This document shows, piece after piece, positions 1-8,942 of a stretch of 64,000 nt of DNA. Origin of the DNA: Thermodesulfobacteriota bacterium (GTDB taxonomy: Bacteria; Desulfobacterota; RBG-13-43-22); NCBI GenBank assembly GCA_040755035.1, contig JBFMBU010000254.1:2835-66834 (forward strand), written 5' to 3'. Under the pieces are notes generated by a model. The model saw only the letters and a program-made list of their open reading frames with translations. It was not told where the DNA came from and ran no database searches. Position 1 is the first letter of the stretch; each line of letters begins with the position of its first letter. A program made the position numbers and the translations under genes.

Positions 1-92
1 TTTTCCTTACGTCAATTCCCGGCATGAGGGAATCCATTAAAAAGGGTCTTAAGACACCCGTAGAAAAGTGCTCGGAGGAGCCTGGCTGGTGA
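1..92 (+). CDS. Phd/YefM-type antitoxin, C-terminal fragment (5' end outside window)
   Basis: The frame is open from the window edge: ...FLTSIPGMRESIKKGLKTPVEKCSEEPGW*. Its TGA (90-92) overlaps GTG 89-91 of the YoeB-like toxin (GTGA), which is the normal antitoxin-then-toxin layout. Confidence 0.5.
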   Translation, partial: FLTSIPGMRESIKKGLKTPVEKCSEEPGW

Positions 93-352
93 GTTGGCGT
101 TTGATGTATACCAAACAGGCTCAAAAAGACGCAAAGAAAATCGCACAGTCTGGTCTTAAGCCCCAAGCATCAAAGTTATTAGAAATAATCCAAAATAATC
201 CTTACCAAAACCCTCCACCATACGAGAAGCTAATCGGTGATCTTACTGGGGCGTTGTCCCGAAGAATCAATATTCAACATCGTCTTGTTTATCAGGTTCT
301 TGAAGACATCAAAACTGTGAAGGTGCTACGTATGTGGACACATTATGAATAA
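89..352 (+). CDS. yoeB: Txe/YoeB-family type II toxin
   Basis: YTKQAQKDAKKI...NPYQNPPPYEKLIGDLTGALSRRINIQHRLVYQV...RMWTHYE is a YoeB/Txe-like signature. The start is GTG 89 (coupled to the antitoxin stop) or ATG 104. Confidence 0.85.
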   Translation: MSWRLMYTKQAQKDAKKIAQSGLKPQASKLLEIIQNNPYQNPPPYEKLIGDLTGALSRRINIQHRLVYQVLEDIKTVKVLRMWTHYE

Positions 353-447
353 AACGGCGAGCAAGTCATTCCACCGGATCGGCCAAAAAGCGGGCCTCCC
401 GGTGAACTTTGTGTTATGCCAAGAAAAAAAATGACAGGAAATTGACC

Positions 448-705
448 ATGCCCACAATACTTGTAATACTTTGTTGGAGGTTATTTTTTTATGCAAACGA
501 AGGAAATGAACCAATCCATATCCATTGCCGAAAGGGCGAGATGGAATGCAAATATTGGCTGGATAGGTTGTCATTTGATATTGACGAAGCGTTTTCGTTC
601 CACATGTCAGAGAAAGATAAAAGGCAAATTAGAAAAATAATATACGATCATTTTGAGTATATTGAATCGCAATGGGACGACTTTCAGAGGAGGCGCCAGC
701 AATGA
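448..705 (+). CDS. DUF4160-family small protein
   Basis: MPTILVILCWRLFFYANEGNEPIHIHCRKGEMECKYWL resembles the DUF4160 N-terminus. Its stop overlaps the next start (ATGA at 702-705). Confidence 0.7.
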   Translation: MPTILVILCWRLFFYANEGNEPIHIHCRKGEMECKYWLDRLSFDIDEAFSFHMSEKDKRQIRKIIYDHFEYIESQWDDFQRRRQQ

Positions 706-959
706 TTAATTATCATGATATCAAAGAGATTAAATTCATTGGAGATGTTCTTGAGGCAACAATTGATGGGAATACAAAACGGTTTATGCTCAAAGATGTG
801 TCCCCTTTACTTGAAAAAGCTAGTGCAACTGAGAGGAAAACTTTTGAGGTTTCGCCATCCGGATATGGGATACATTGGCCGTTGTTAGACGAAGATATAT
901 CAATCGATGGGTTGTTGGGAATTGTCAATGCCCCTAAGAAAAAAAGTAAAATCGCATAA
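702..959 (+). CDS. DUF2442-family small protein (usual partner of DUF4160)
   Basis: MINYHDIKEIKFIGDVLEATIDG...FEVSPSGYGIHWPLLDEDISIDGLLG is DUF2442-like. A GAGGAGG Shine-Dalgarno lies upstream, and the gene is coupled to the DUF4160 gene. Confidence 0.7.
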   Translation: MINYHDIKEIKFIGDVLEATIDGNTKRFMLKDVSPLLEKASATERKTFEVSPSGYGIHWPLLDEDISIDGLLGIVNAPKKKSKIA

Positions 960-1085
960 CGCTCCGCATCAACATTGACCGCTTGGCCGACGGTTGTATT
1001 GATATCTTGTCCTTGTTTCATGGCTTGTTCATTCTGCCGTCCACAGTGGAAGCCAAGCGGCAAGTTATGCGCAGCGTTAATAAAG

Positions 1086-2152
1086 GGGGACGTTGTTCAT
1101 TTTAATCAAAATTACCTTGACTAGGGCGGGGAAATAGAATAAAAGCGAAGTATGCCCCGTAAAGCACGTTTAGATATACCCGGGACACTGCATCACGTCA
1201 TGGTACGGGGAATAGATGGAATAAAAATCTTCCAGGATGAGGAGGATCGGAAGAACTTTGTAGACAGATTGACATCTCTGATTCAGGAGACGGGAACCCG
1301 TATATTGGCCTGGGCACTTATGGATAATCATGTTCATTTGCTGATTATCAGCGGATCAACCGGACTGCCGACCTTTATGCGGAGATTGTTGACCGGTTAG
1401 GCCATTAGCTTTAACCGGAAACATCGCAGATTCGGGCACCTATTTCAGAATCGTTATAAATCAATCATCTGCGATCTGGACCCATACCTTCTGGAATTAG
1501 TCCGTTATATTCATCTTAACCCTCTCAGAGCAGGTGTGGTAAAGGATCTGGAAGAATTGGAGAACTATTCTGGTGCGGTCACGGGATCTTAACGGGCAAA
1601 CAAAAGAATGACTGGCAGGAAAAAGATTTTGTGTTAGGGTTTTTTGGATCTAAAAGGAAAAGGGTCGTTCGAGCTTACCGGGAATTCGTGGAGGCCGGAA
1701 AGGGGCTTGGCCAAAGGCCGGAGTTGGTGGGCGGTGGATTGATTAGAAGTATGGGGGGATGGTCACAAGTTAAGTCACTGCGAAAGAAGGGGGAGCCGGA
1801 ATCTTACGATGAGCGGATCTTAGGTGACGGCGATTTCGTTCAATCCATCCTGGAGGAAGCGGATCAAAAAATAGACCGGCAAATCCGAGCACGAAAAAAA
1901 GCCGGGTCGTTGTCGAAAGTCATTAAGGAAAGATGTCGGGAAGCCGGAATCAATGAAATCGAGTTAAGATCGGAGAGCCAACGAAGGGCCGTATCAAAAC
2001 TCCGAAAAGAAATTTGCTTTTATTTAAATCGAGAATTAGGAATTCCCATGGCTGAAATTGCTCGGATAGTGGGGTGGGAACGACGGGAGTGTCCATGGCT
2101 ATCAAAGGGATGGAAGTTGCTAACAAAACTGAATGAAATGAAGAACGTCCCC
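1086..2152 (+). mobile_element. Decayed RAYT/IS200-like (Y1 HUH transposase) unit bounded by 16-nt inverted repeats
   Basis: GGGGACGTTGTTCATT (1086-1101) and AATGAAGAACGTCCCC (2137-2152) are 15/16 complementary and bracket the broken transposase frame. The right repeat starts 1 nt after the reconstructed stop codon. Confidence 0.55.
1152..2136 (+). pseudogene. IS200-like / REP-associated Y1 transposase with C-terminal HTH, disrupted
   Basis: PRKARLDIPGTLHHVMVRG...MDNHVHLLI (HUH) is followed, past an in-frame TAG (1398-1400), by FNRKHRRFGHLFQNRYKS...LVRYIHLNPLRAG. The frame changes near 1567-1571 and probably again in the G-run at 2069-2078 (AEIARIVG / VGTTGVSMAIKG). Confidence 0.7.
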
Positions 2153-2173
2153 TTACAGATATAGGTGGAAGCA

Positions 2174-2956
2174 ATGGATATCATCGACCTGTCAGAAAAC
2201 ACAAAAGAAGACTATTTGACTTGCTTGGAAGAGTGGTCAGACGAAATGAAAGATGGTCTCTGCCGCAAGGAGTGTTGGTACAGCACCATGCGGGAAAAAG
2301 GCTTGCGGGTGAAACTGGCGCGTAATGATGCGGGAGTTGTTGCTGGAATGATTCACTATGCTCCGATTGAACATTCCTGGATTGAAGGGGAAAACCTCTA
2401 CTTCGTCTATTGCGTATGGGTACACGGACACAAAGAGGGACGCGGAGACTTAAGGAAACTCGGCGCGGGAACGATGTTATTGCGCGCAGCAGAAGAGGAT
2501 GTAGAAAACCAGCAGGCCAAGGGACTGGTTGTATGGGGATTACTTCTGCCTTTCTTTATGCGCGCAGGATGGTTCAGAAAGCATGGGTATCGGAAGGTGG
2601 ACAGAAACGGCATTAGCGTGTTATTGTGGAAGAAGTTCACAGATGACGCAATTCCTCCTCGGTGGATTAGGGCAAAGAAGAAACCGGAACTGGTTCCCGG
2701 TAAGGTGGTAATAACAGCCTTGGCAAACGGGTGGTGTTCCGGAATCAATGGCATGATAGAACGTGCAAAACAGATCTGCGGTGAATTTGGAGACAAGGTC
2801 ATCTACCGGGAGATCGATACGAGCCGCCGGGCGACCGTTTACGAATGGGGATTATCGGACGGATTATTTGTTGATGCCAAGAACATCTACGGGGGGCCGC
2901 CGTTGTCATATGAAAAAATCAAGAAGATTATCGAGAAAAAAGTAAGGAAACTATAA
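2174..2956 (+). CDS. GNAT-family N-acetyltransferase with C-terminal thioredoxin/glutaredoxin-like domain
   Basis: It has an acetyl-CoA-site-like LRKLGAGTMLL (R-x-x-G-x-G/A) and WFRKHGY. The C-terminal ~80 aa (VVITALANGWCSG...IYREID) look thioredoxin-fold but lack CxxC. ATG 2174 has GGTGGA upstream; GTG 2165 is an alternative start. Confidence 0.6.
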   Translation: MDIIDLSENTKEDYLTCLEEWSDEMKDGLCRKECWYSTMREKGLRVKLARNDAGVVAGMIHYAPIEHSWIEGENLYFVYCVWVHGHKEGRGDLRKLGAGTMLLRAAEEDVENQQAKGLVVWGLLLPFFMRAGWFRKHGYRKVDRNGISVLLWKKFTDDAIPPRWIRAKKKPELVPGKVVITALANGWCSGINGMIERAKQICGEFGDKVIYREIDTSRRATVYEWGLSDGLFVDAKNIYGGPPLSYEKIKKIIEKKVRKL

Positions 2957-2974
2957 TTGGTAAGGCGGAGTCTT

Positions 2975-3200
2975 TCACTCCCCCTCCCCACACCACCTCA
3001 CAAGCGGGTCCGCACTAGGCGGTTCCTGAGAGTTACCGAGCCGTAGCCGGTAATGGATGTTTACCCTCAGATCTTTGACAGACAACAAACCTTGATCCTT
3101 AAGCCATTGATTAGTCATGCCCGAATGGGTGGCCAGTGTGCGGGATAGTCGCCAGAACTTGATGTCCTTTACATGTCTTTTGGGGAACCCCGGGCGAGTG
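2975..3200 (-). pseudogene. Group II intron reverse transcriptase/maturase, extreme C-terminal remnant
   Basis: A start-less minus-strand frame reads ...KDIKFWRLSRTLATHSGMTNQWLKDQGLLSVKDLRVNIHY...EPPSADPLVRWCGEGE*, resembling intron-encoded protein C-termini. No RT domain or ribozyme domain V/VI is seen. Confidence 0.4.
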
Positions 3201-3484
3201 AGACACTCGACTCGGGGGAGGACTTTCTGATCCGCTTCGACCCCAAAGCCGGTGAGATCACCGGGTTTACCATTTTAAACTTTTCGGAGTTCGGCCAGGA
3301 GATCGAAGAATTAATCGCGGCGCGGGCCGCTGCGTAGACGAATCGGCCTTCTTCTTCCGCGGTTTAAAATCCTGTATCATTTGAAATTCTTCAAACTCCA
3401 ATACGAATATCCCAACCAGCGGCTCGACACCGACCGTGCAACACCGCCCGGCGGGTCAGCCGCACGTTATGGCTCAATCAAATC

Positions 3485-3513
3485 TTGACTTATCATATTT
3501 AATAAGTTATTAA
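3485..3513 (+). promoter_or_regulatory. Candidate sigma70 promoter plus palindromic operator of the RelE/XRE module
   Basis: TTGACT (3485-3490), a 17-nt spacer and TATTAA (3508-3513). The perfect palindrome TTAATAA-G-TTATTAA (3499-3513) overlaps the -10. The toxin ATG at 3522 has no Shine-Dalgarno, so the mRNA may be leaderless. Confidence 0.4.
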
Positions 3514-3521
3514 TATTAATA

Positions 3522-3794
3522 ATGTGGCGTATACGAGAACATCACAACTTAGATAAGATAATCGCAAAACTGCCCTTACAAGTTGTAAAAAAATACGAAC
3601 TTTGGAAAGATATTGTCTTTCGGCATGGGTCAGATAAGTTACGGGAATTCCCTGGCTTTCATGACGAAAAATTAGAAGGAGAACTGGAAGGACAACGATC
3701 ATCGCGTCTTAATATTAAATATCGGGTCATTTATTCCATCGAAAAAGAGATTGTTACAGTTTATGTGATAGATATAACGCCACATAAATATTAA
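3522..3794 (+). CDS. RelE/ParE-superfamily toxin (toxin-first, HigB-like arrangement)
   Basis: A 90-aa basic protein with ...FPGFHDEKLEGELEGQRSSRLNIKYRVIYSIEKEIVTVYVIDITPHKY, typical of RelE-type toxins. It lies directly upstream of an XRE HTH gene. Confidence 0.75.
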   Translation: MWRIREHHNLDKIIAKLPLQVVKKYELWKDIVFRHGSDKLREFPGFHDEKLEGELEGQRSSRLNIKYRVIYSIEKEIVTVYVIDITPHKY

Positions 3795-3804
3795 GGAGAA
3801 AAAA

Positions 3805-4080
3805 ATGAGTATTAATAAATCAAATTTTAAACCGGCAAAACAGCATGCGATCTTGACCAGCGGAGAGGTAATAAAAATGTTACGCGAATTAAAAGGATGG
3901 ACTCAAGAGGAATTATCAAAATATTGTTCTATCAATGCAAAAAATATCAGCATGCTTGAAAACGATAAATTGGAAATTGGAAAAAAAAGGGCGGAGCAAC
4001 TCGCCAAGGCATTTAATGTCCATCCTGCTATAATTATGTTTCCCGAATACGAATCAAAAGAAATTCAAAAAGCGGCATAA
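3805..4080 (+). CDS. XRE-family HTH antitoxin (HigA-like)
   Basis: The HTH is LRELKGWTQEELSKYCSINAKNISMLENDK. An AAGGAG Shine-Dalgarno is present, and the gene starts 10 nt after the toxin stop. Confidence 0.8.
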   Translation: MSINKSNFKPAKQHAILTSGEVIKMLRELKGWTQEELSKYCSINAKNISMLENDKLEIGKKRAEQLAKAFNVHPAIIMFPEYESKEIQKAA

Positions 4081-4118
4081 TAATTGTTGGGGCATTAGAA
4101 TATTCAGGAGGTAATATC

Positions 4119-4904
4119 ATGGCCAGTGGAATGCAATCGGCTAATATTGACCATATTCCGGTCATCTGGTTCGAACCAGAAACCCGGCCACCTCAGCGAA
4201 AGCTCGCTATCTACCTGATGGGGCTTTCGGGAAAAAAGGAGGATACCATTCCCTTCCTCCAAGACCTTGCAAAGGCTGGCTTTGTTGCCCCCAGTTTTGA
4301 CAACTGGATGCATGGCGAACGCACCAGCTTAACGGGTGTCCAAGTGGCGGAGCTAACTTTCGATAATTTCCGTCGACACATGTGGGTAAATATTGGCCAA
4401 TCGGCAATGGATAGTCTGCGCATCATCGATTGGGCTATCCAAGTACTGAACGTAGACCAAGAAATTTGCATGGGAGGCCTCTCAATGGGGGGTGATATTT
4501 CTGTAGCTGTAGCGGGCATTGACCGACGTATCCGGCGAGTTGGCGCAGTTATCGCTACACCGGATTGGCTACGGCCTGGCATGGTAGACCTTTTGAGTGA
4601 AGAGAAACGGATACTACCCCCTGGCAATCCAGATTCTTATTCCCTATTATTTTATGAACTTTTCAACCCCATAACTCACTTGGAACATTACGCGCACGCA
4701 CCCAAGATCCGCTTTGTTTGCGGCGAAAAAGATGACCAAGTACCAACGGAAGCTGCTTTCCGGTTCAAGGCAGCTTTAGCGGAATTGTACCCCAAAGCAG
4801 CTGATCAAGTCTCGATTGACCTCGTACCGGGTTTAGGCCATATTGAGATGGCACTCAGCCCCGATCGCTGGTGGCCGCAGCTGCTGGCTTGGATGACACA
4901 ATAA
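4119..4904 (+). CDS. Alpha/beta-hydrolase (dienelactone hydrolase / S9 peptidase-like serine esterase)
   Basis: It has a nucleophile elbow GLSMGG, a C-terminal GLGH (His of the triad), and an AGGAGG Shine-Dalgarno. Confidence 0.75.
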   Translation: MASGMQSANIDHIPVIWFEPETRPPQRKLAIYLMGLSGKKEDTIPFLQDLAKAGFVAPSFDNWMHGERTSLTGVQVAELTFDNFRRHMWVNIGQSAMDSLRIIDWAIQVLNVDQEICMGGLSMGGDISVAVAGIDRRIRRVGAVIATPDWLRPGMVDLLSEEKRILPPGNPDSYSLLFYELFNPITHLEHYAHAPKIRFVCGEKDDQVPTEAAFRFKAALAELYPKAADQVSIDLVPGLGHIEMALSPDRWWPQLLAWMTQ

Positions 4905-5188
4905 TAAGAAAAAGAAAAAGGCACGGGGAATTAATCCTTAATTACTAACAGCGTCCTATTTTTATGAAAAAGGCAAAAGGGCAAGAATAATTGCCCAACA
5001 TTTTAGTCCACCGGTCGCTCGTACCTCTCGCCGGTGACTACCTCGTTCTCGGCGACTGTGTCGCCAGATTAGTGGGACGCCCTTAAAATAATAAGATTTA
5101 CAATTGACAAGATAGAATTGGAAATGACAAACAAAAAGGCATACCAAGATTGGCCAGATTATATGCCCCCGGTGTATTACTTCCATAT

Positions 5189-6538
5189 GGCTCTACTAGA
5201 TTTACTGTGGGTCATTAGGCCCTTTTTAAATTCAAAAATAGCTCTTTGAAAACTTGACACGTTGTAGATAGGCCGTTAAAAAAGGGTATGAAGATAAATG
5301 CAACCCTTAAAAGCTTATACAGTTTTCCCGGATTTAAAGCCTTACAGCAGCTCAGACCCCATGGGAGTGATCCTGACGCCCGAATCGTAACATTAATAAG
5401 GCGTCAAAAAAAATATCTGTTCCTGTTGCCAGCATAAGCAACTAGCATATTATGAAAGCCGGAAGCATTGCGTCCGGGACTTATCCAGTGCCGGCACACG
5501 GATTTATGTCGAGTTTGAGTAACGTCGGATCTATTGCCGGAGGTGCAGGACCGTGAAGCAGGAGGCCTTGTTCTGGTTTGCTGCCGGTGACCGGTTTACT
5601 CAACGTTTTGAAAATGAAATCGGTCGCCAGTGTCGGGACATGACCATCAAGCGCGTAACCGAAATCCATAGGCTGGGTTGGGCTCAGGTCCAACGAATGG
5701 ATAAAAGCTACATGCAACGCTTGGTCGTAAAGTATCCAATCCCGAACGATCTTCGCGCCATAGGTATTGATGAGATTTCCGTGCGCAAACGCCATAGCTA
5801 CCGGATCACCATTTCCGACTTGGACCATCCTCGGCCCATCTGGATGGGTGGCGAAGGTCGGAGCGAGCAAGACCTCGACAAGTTTTTTGCTGAAATCGGC
5901 CCCGAACGGTGTCGGACGATCAAAATCATCGTAATGGACTTGTGGAAACCGTTCCGAAAGTCCGTTCTTAACCACATCCCGGAGGCCTTGATTATTTTCG
6001 ACATATTTCATGTTCTCCGCCATCTCTCCGATCCCCTGGATGAAATCCGACGTCTGGAGATCAAACGTGTCAATGAGAAAGAGCGTAAATTTATTAAAGG
6101 GCAACGTTACACCCTTTTTATCGAACCGAGCGAATCTGAGTCCGGAAGGAAGACGTTCGTTGCAAATTTTACTTAAAGCCAATAAAAAATTGCATAAGGC
6201 CTATCTGCTCAAAGAATCATTCGGCCAGTTGCGGGATTATCGCTATCCCGCCTCAGCCCGCAAGTTTTTTGATAACTGGAAAGCCCAGTTGTGCTGGCAA
6301 CGCTTAAAACCTTTTGAAAAATTCGCTGCTATGATCGAGCGGCACTGGGATGGAGTGGTCAGTTACTGCCATCCCAATAACAAAGTCTCCCTCGGATTTG
6401 TTGAGGGATTAAATACTAAGATCAGGGTTATTCAATGCCGTGCCTATGGTATTAAGGATCAGGATTATCTACGCCTCAAAGTCCTCTCATCCTTCATCCC
6501 AGACATGTCTAATGCCCCACAGTAAATCTAGTAGAGCC
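5189..6538 (+). mobile_element. ISL3-family insertion sequence (non-functional)
   Basis: The 30-nt terminal inverted repeats are GGCTCTACTAGATTTACTGTGGGTCATTAG (5189-5218) and CTAATGCCCCACAGTAAATCTAGTAGAGCC (6509-6538), 29/30 complementary. They enclose an ISL3 transposase frame. Confidence 0.85.
5288..6525 (+). pseudogene. ISL3-family transposase, three lesions
   Basis: The parts are N-term MKINATLKSLYSFPGFKAL, a zinc-finger part ICSCCQHK...HCVRDLSSAGTRIYVEFE*RRIYCRRCRTVKQE, and a core/C-term ...IGIDEISVRKRHSY...VEGLNTKIRVIQCRAYG. The lesions are a frameshift in the A8 run (5406-5413), an in-frame TAA (5520-5522) and a frameshift in the T-run (~6115-6120). Confidence 0.85.
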
Positions 6539-6572
6539 AAAAAAGATATGGTAGGACTGCCGATAAATAGCT

Positions 6573-6598
6573 AAGCACGTTCTGCACGAACGTCCCCT
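6573..6598 (-). repeat. REP-like motif copy (AGGGGACGTTCGTGCAGAA on minus strand)
   Basis: The 19-mer TTCTGCACGAACGTCCCCT (6580-6598) is identical to 17676-17694. Its reverse-complement core also occurs at 17444-17460 and 17470-17486. Confidence 0.6.
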
Positions 6599-6734
6599 AA
6601 ACCGAACAGGAGATCCTGCATAGACGCAATCGGAACCCTGCACCACATACTACCATGAGACCATTAATAAATTAACAATGAACCTATCCTACCGATTACA
6701 AGATCGAACCTAATAAACTCCAACCCGTACCGGT

Positions 6735-7604
6735 TTATCCCAATACTTCCGCCACCGCTTCCCCCACCTTGGTCAGGTCCAGGACCACACGGATACCGGC
6801 GGCCTGGAGGGCGGCCATTTTTTCCTGGGCCGTTCCCGATTTTCCCGAAATAATGGCCCCGGCATGACCCATTCTCCTGCCCGGGGGGGCCGTTTGCCCG
6901 GCGATAAAAGTAACCACCGGCTTGGGGAAGTGCTCTTGAATAAACCGGGCGGCCTCTTCCTCGGCTGTTCCGCCGATTTCACCGATAAGCACCACCCCCC
7001 GGGTTTGATCGTCCCCTGCGAAAAGGGATAAAAGCTCAATAAAAGAAAGTCCGATAATCGGGTCTCCACCGATACCGATACAGGTGGATTGCCCCATCCC
7101 CAGTTTGCTGATCTGATCTACCACCTCATAGGTCAGGGTACCGCTTCGGGAAATAACCCCCACCGAACCGGGACGGAAAATATACCCGGGCATGATGCCC
7201 ATTTTGCAGGCCCCGGGAGTGATGATCCCCGGGCAATTGGGTCCGATGAGTACCGATGGTTTATCTTTAAGGTAATTCTTGACCTTGACCATGTCCAATG
7301 TGGGAATTCCCTCGGTGATGCAGACGATCACTTTGATCCCGGCCGCGGCGGCCTCCATAATGGAATCGGCGGCGGCGGCCGGAGGGACAAAGATGATCGA
7401 GCAATCCGCCCCCTGTTCCTTAACGGCGTCCTCCACCGTATTATAGACCGGCACCCCTTCCACAGTCTGCCCCGCCTTCCCGGGGGTCATCCCGGCCACG
7501 ACATTGGTTCCATATTCCAGCATCTGCTGGGTGTGAAAACTGCCTTCTCTTCCGGTTATCCCGTGAACCAGTATCCGACTGTCTTTATCGACTAATATGC
7601 TCAT
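6735..7604 (-). CDS. sucD: Succinyl-CoA synthetase (ADP-forming) alpha subunit
   Basis: A full-length 289-aa SucD: [27 protein letters not shown]..., SRSGTLTYE, and the phospho-His loop GHAGAII. Confidence 0.95.
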   Translation of the reverse strand: MSILVDKDSRILVHGITGREGSFHTQQMLEYGTNVVAGMTPGKAGQTVEGVPVYNTVEDAVKEQGADCSIIFVPPAAAADSIMEAAAAGIKVIVCITEGIPTLDMVKVKNYLKDKPSVLIGPNCPGIITPGACKMGIMPGYIFRPGSVGVISRSGTLTYEVVDQISKLGMGQSTCIGIGGDPIIGLSFIELLSLFAGDDQTRGVVLIGEIGGTAEEEAARFIQEHFPKPVVTFIAGQTAPPGRRMGHAGAIISGKSGTAQEKMAALQAAGIRVVLDLTKVGEAVAEVLG

Positions 7605-7775
7605 ATATTTTTTACTCCGCCAGTCTGAGATTTTTTTTATCTTGGCTTGTTTTACTGTCCTGACGAGGCGAATGGGTTCGTATTTCGGACCTCGTATCTC
7701 GTATCTCGCAATCCAGTAAACATTTCTAAAGGTTTCGGCTAATAACCCTTGGCGTTATGGGCCATCCGCTGTCAT

Positions 7776-8942
7776 TTATTTCCCCCTCACCAGATGACTG
7801 ATCTTTTGGGCCGCCTCGCCCATGGTCTGGGCCACCAAAAAATTAAGCCCCGATTGCGCCAGCATCTCCCGCCCCTTGTCCACATTGGTCCCTTCCAAAC
7901 GGATGATCAGAGGGACCTTGATGTTCACTTTATGCGCGGCTTCAATCAGGCCCTCGGCCAGGACGTCGCAACGCAAAATACCGCCGAAGATATTGACCAG
8001 TATGGCTTGGACCCTTTCATCAGAGAGGATAATTTGCGAACCTCTGGCAATCATCTCGGCATTGGCCCCACCGCCGACATCCAGAAAGTTGGCCGGTTCA
8101 CCGCCGTATAACTTGATGATATCCATTGTGGCCATGGCCAGACCGGCACCGTTGACCATAACCCCGATGTTGCCGTTCAAACGGATGTAATTCAGATTGT
8201 GCCGGTTGGCCTCCAGTTCCAGGGGGTCCATTTCATCCGGATCGAGCAATTCCTGGAAATCCTTATGGCGGAAAAGGGCATTGTCATCGAAGGAAATTTT
8301 AGCGTCCAGGGCGATAAGCCGCCTGTCCTTCGTGGTCACCAAGGGGTTGATTTCCAGAAGCGAGCAATCATAACTCTCGAAAAGCTTAACCGCCTGCTGC
8401 AACAGCGCCAAACCCGGTTTGATCAGGACAGGATCCAGGGGCAGGCTGTAAATAAGATTTCGGGCTTGAAAGGCCTGAAAACCCACATCGGGATCGATCC
8501 ACTCCCGCTTGATCAGGTGGGGGGTCTTCTCCGCCACCTCCTCGATGTCCATGCCCCCGGCCGGGCTTACCATAACCACCGGGCAGGCCTTGACCCGATC
8601 CAGGGTGATCCCCAGATAGAATTCCTGTTCCACCTCCAACCCTTCTTCCACCAGCACCTTCCGCACCTTTTTCCCCTCCGGTCCGGTCTGGTGGGTGATC
8701 AGGGTCATGCCCAAAATCTCCTTGGAGATTTCTTCCACTTCATCGATAGAGCGGGCTTTTTTGACCCCGCCCCCTTTTCCCCTCCCGCCGGCGTGAATCT
8801 GGGCTTTGATCACATAAGGTGCCCGGCCGATTTCCCGGGAAACCTGGGCCGCTTCCTCCACGGAAAAAGCGGCATTCCCTTTGGGAACAGGGATCCCGTA
8901 GCGGGAAAAAATGGTTTTTGCCTGATACTCATGAATTTTCAT
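7776..8942 (-). CDS. sucC: Succinyl-CoA synthetase beta subunit
   Basis: MKIHEYQAKTIFSRYGIPVP... is an ATP-grasp SucC of 388 aa. Its start overlaps the paaK-like stop (TAATG). Confidence 0.95.
   Translation of the reverse strand: MKIHEYQAKTIFSRYGIPVPKGNAAFSVEEAAQVSREIGRAPYVIKAQIHAGGRGKGGGVKKARSIDEVEEISKEILGMTLITHQTGPEGKKVRKVLVEEGLEVEQEFYLGITLDRVKACPVVMVSPAGGMDIEEVAEKTPHLIKREWIDPDVGFQAFQARNLIYSLPLDPVLIKPGLALLQQAVKLFESYDCSLLEINPLVTTKDRRLIALDAKISFDDNALFRHKDFQELLDPDEMDPLELEANRHNLNYIRLNGNIGVMVNGAGLAMATMDIIKLYGGEPANFLDVGGGANAEMIARGSQIILSDERVQAILVNIFGGILRCDVLAEGLIEAAHKVNIKVPLIIRLEGTNVDKGREMLAQSGLNFLVAQTMGEAAQKISHLVRGK

Noticed and set aside
1055-1080. A recurrent GTTATG(C/G)GC-type string, also seen near 3453-3465 and 7750-7760.
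   Set aside because: Only ~8-10 nt are shared, with no consistent flanks, so chance cannot be excluded without a genome-wide count.
3200-3337. A plus-strand frame ...DFLIRFDPKAGEITGFTILNFSEFGQEIEELIAARAAA* reminiscent of a DUF2283-like small protein tail.
   Set aside because: It has no start codon, only ~40 residues, and weak similarity. It is probably another gene fragment in the mobile-DNA patch.
4962-5186. A 74-aa minus-strand ORF between the hydrolase gene and the ISL3 left end.
   Set aside because: It has no Shine-Dalgarno and an odd composition, and it overlaps a terminator-like hairpin (GGGCAAgaataaTTGCCC) and CTCG-rich low-complexity sequence.
5481-6182. A 233-aa minus-strand ORF inside the ISL3 element.
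   Set aside because: It lies antisense to a clearly recognisable (though broken) ISL3 transposase frame. It has no Shine-Dalgarno and no recognisable family, so it is an antisense artefact.
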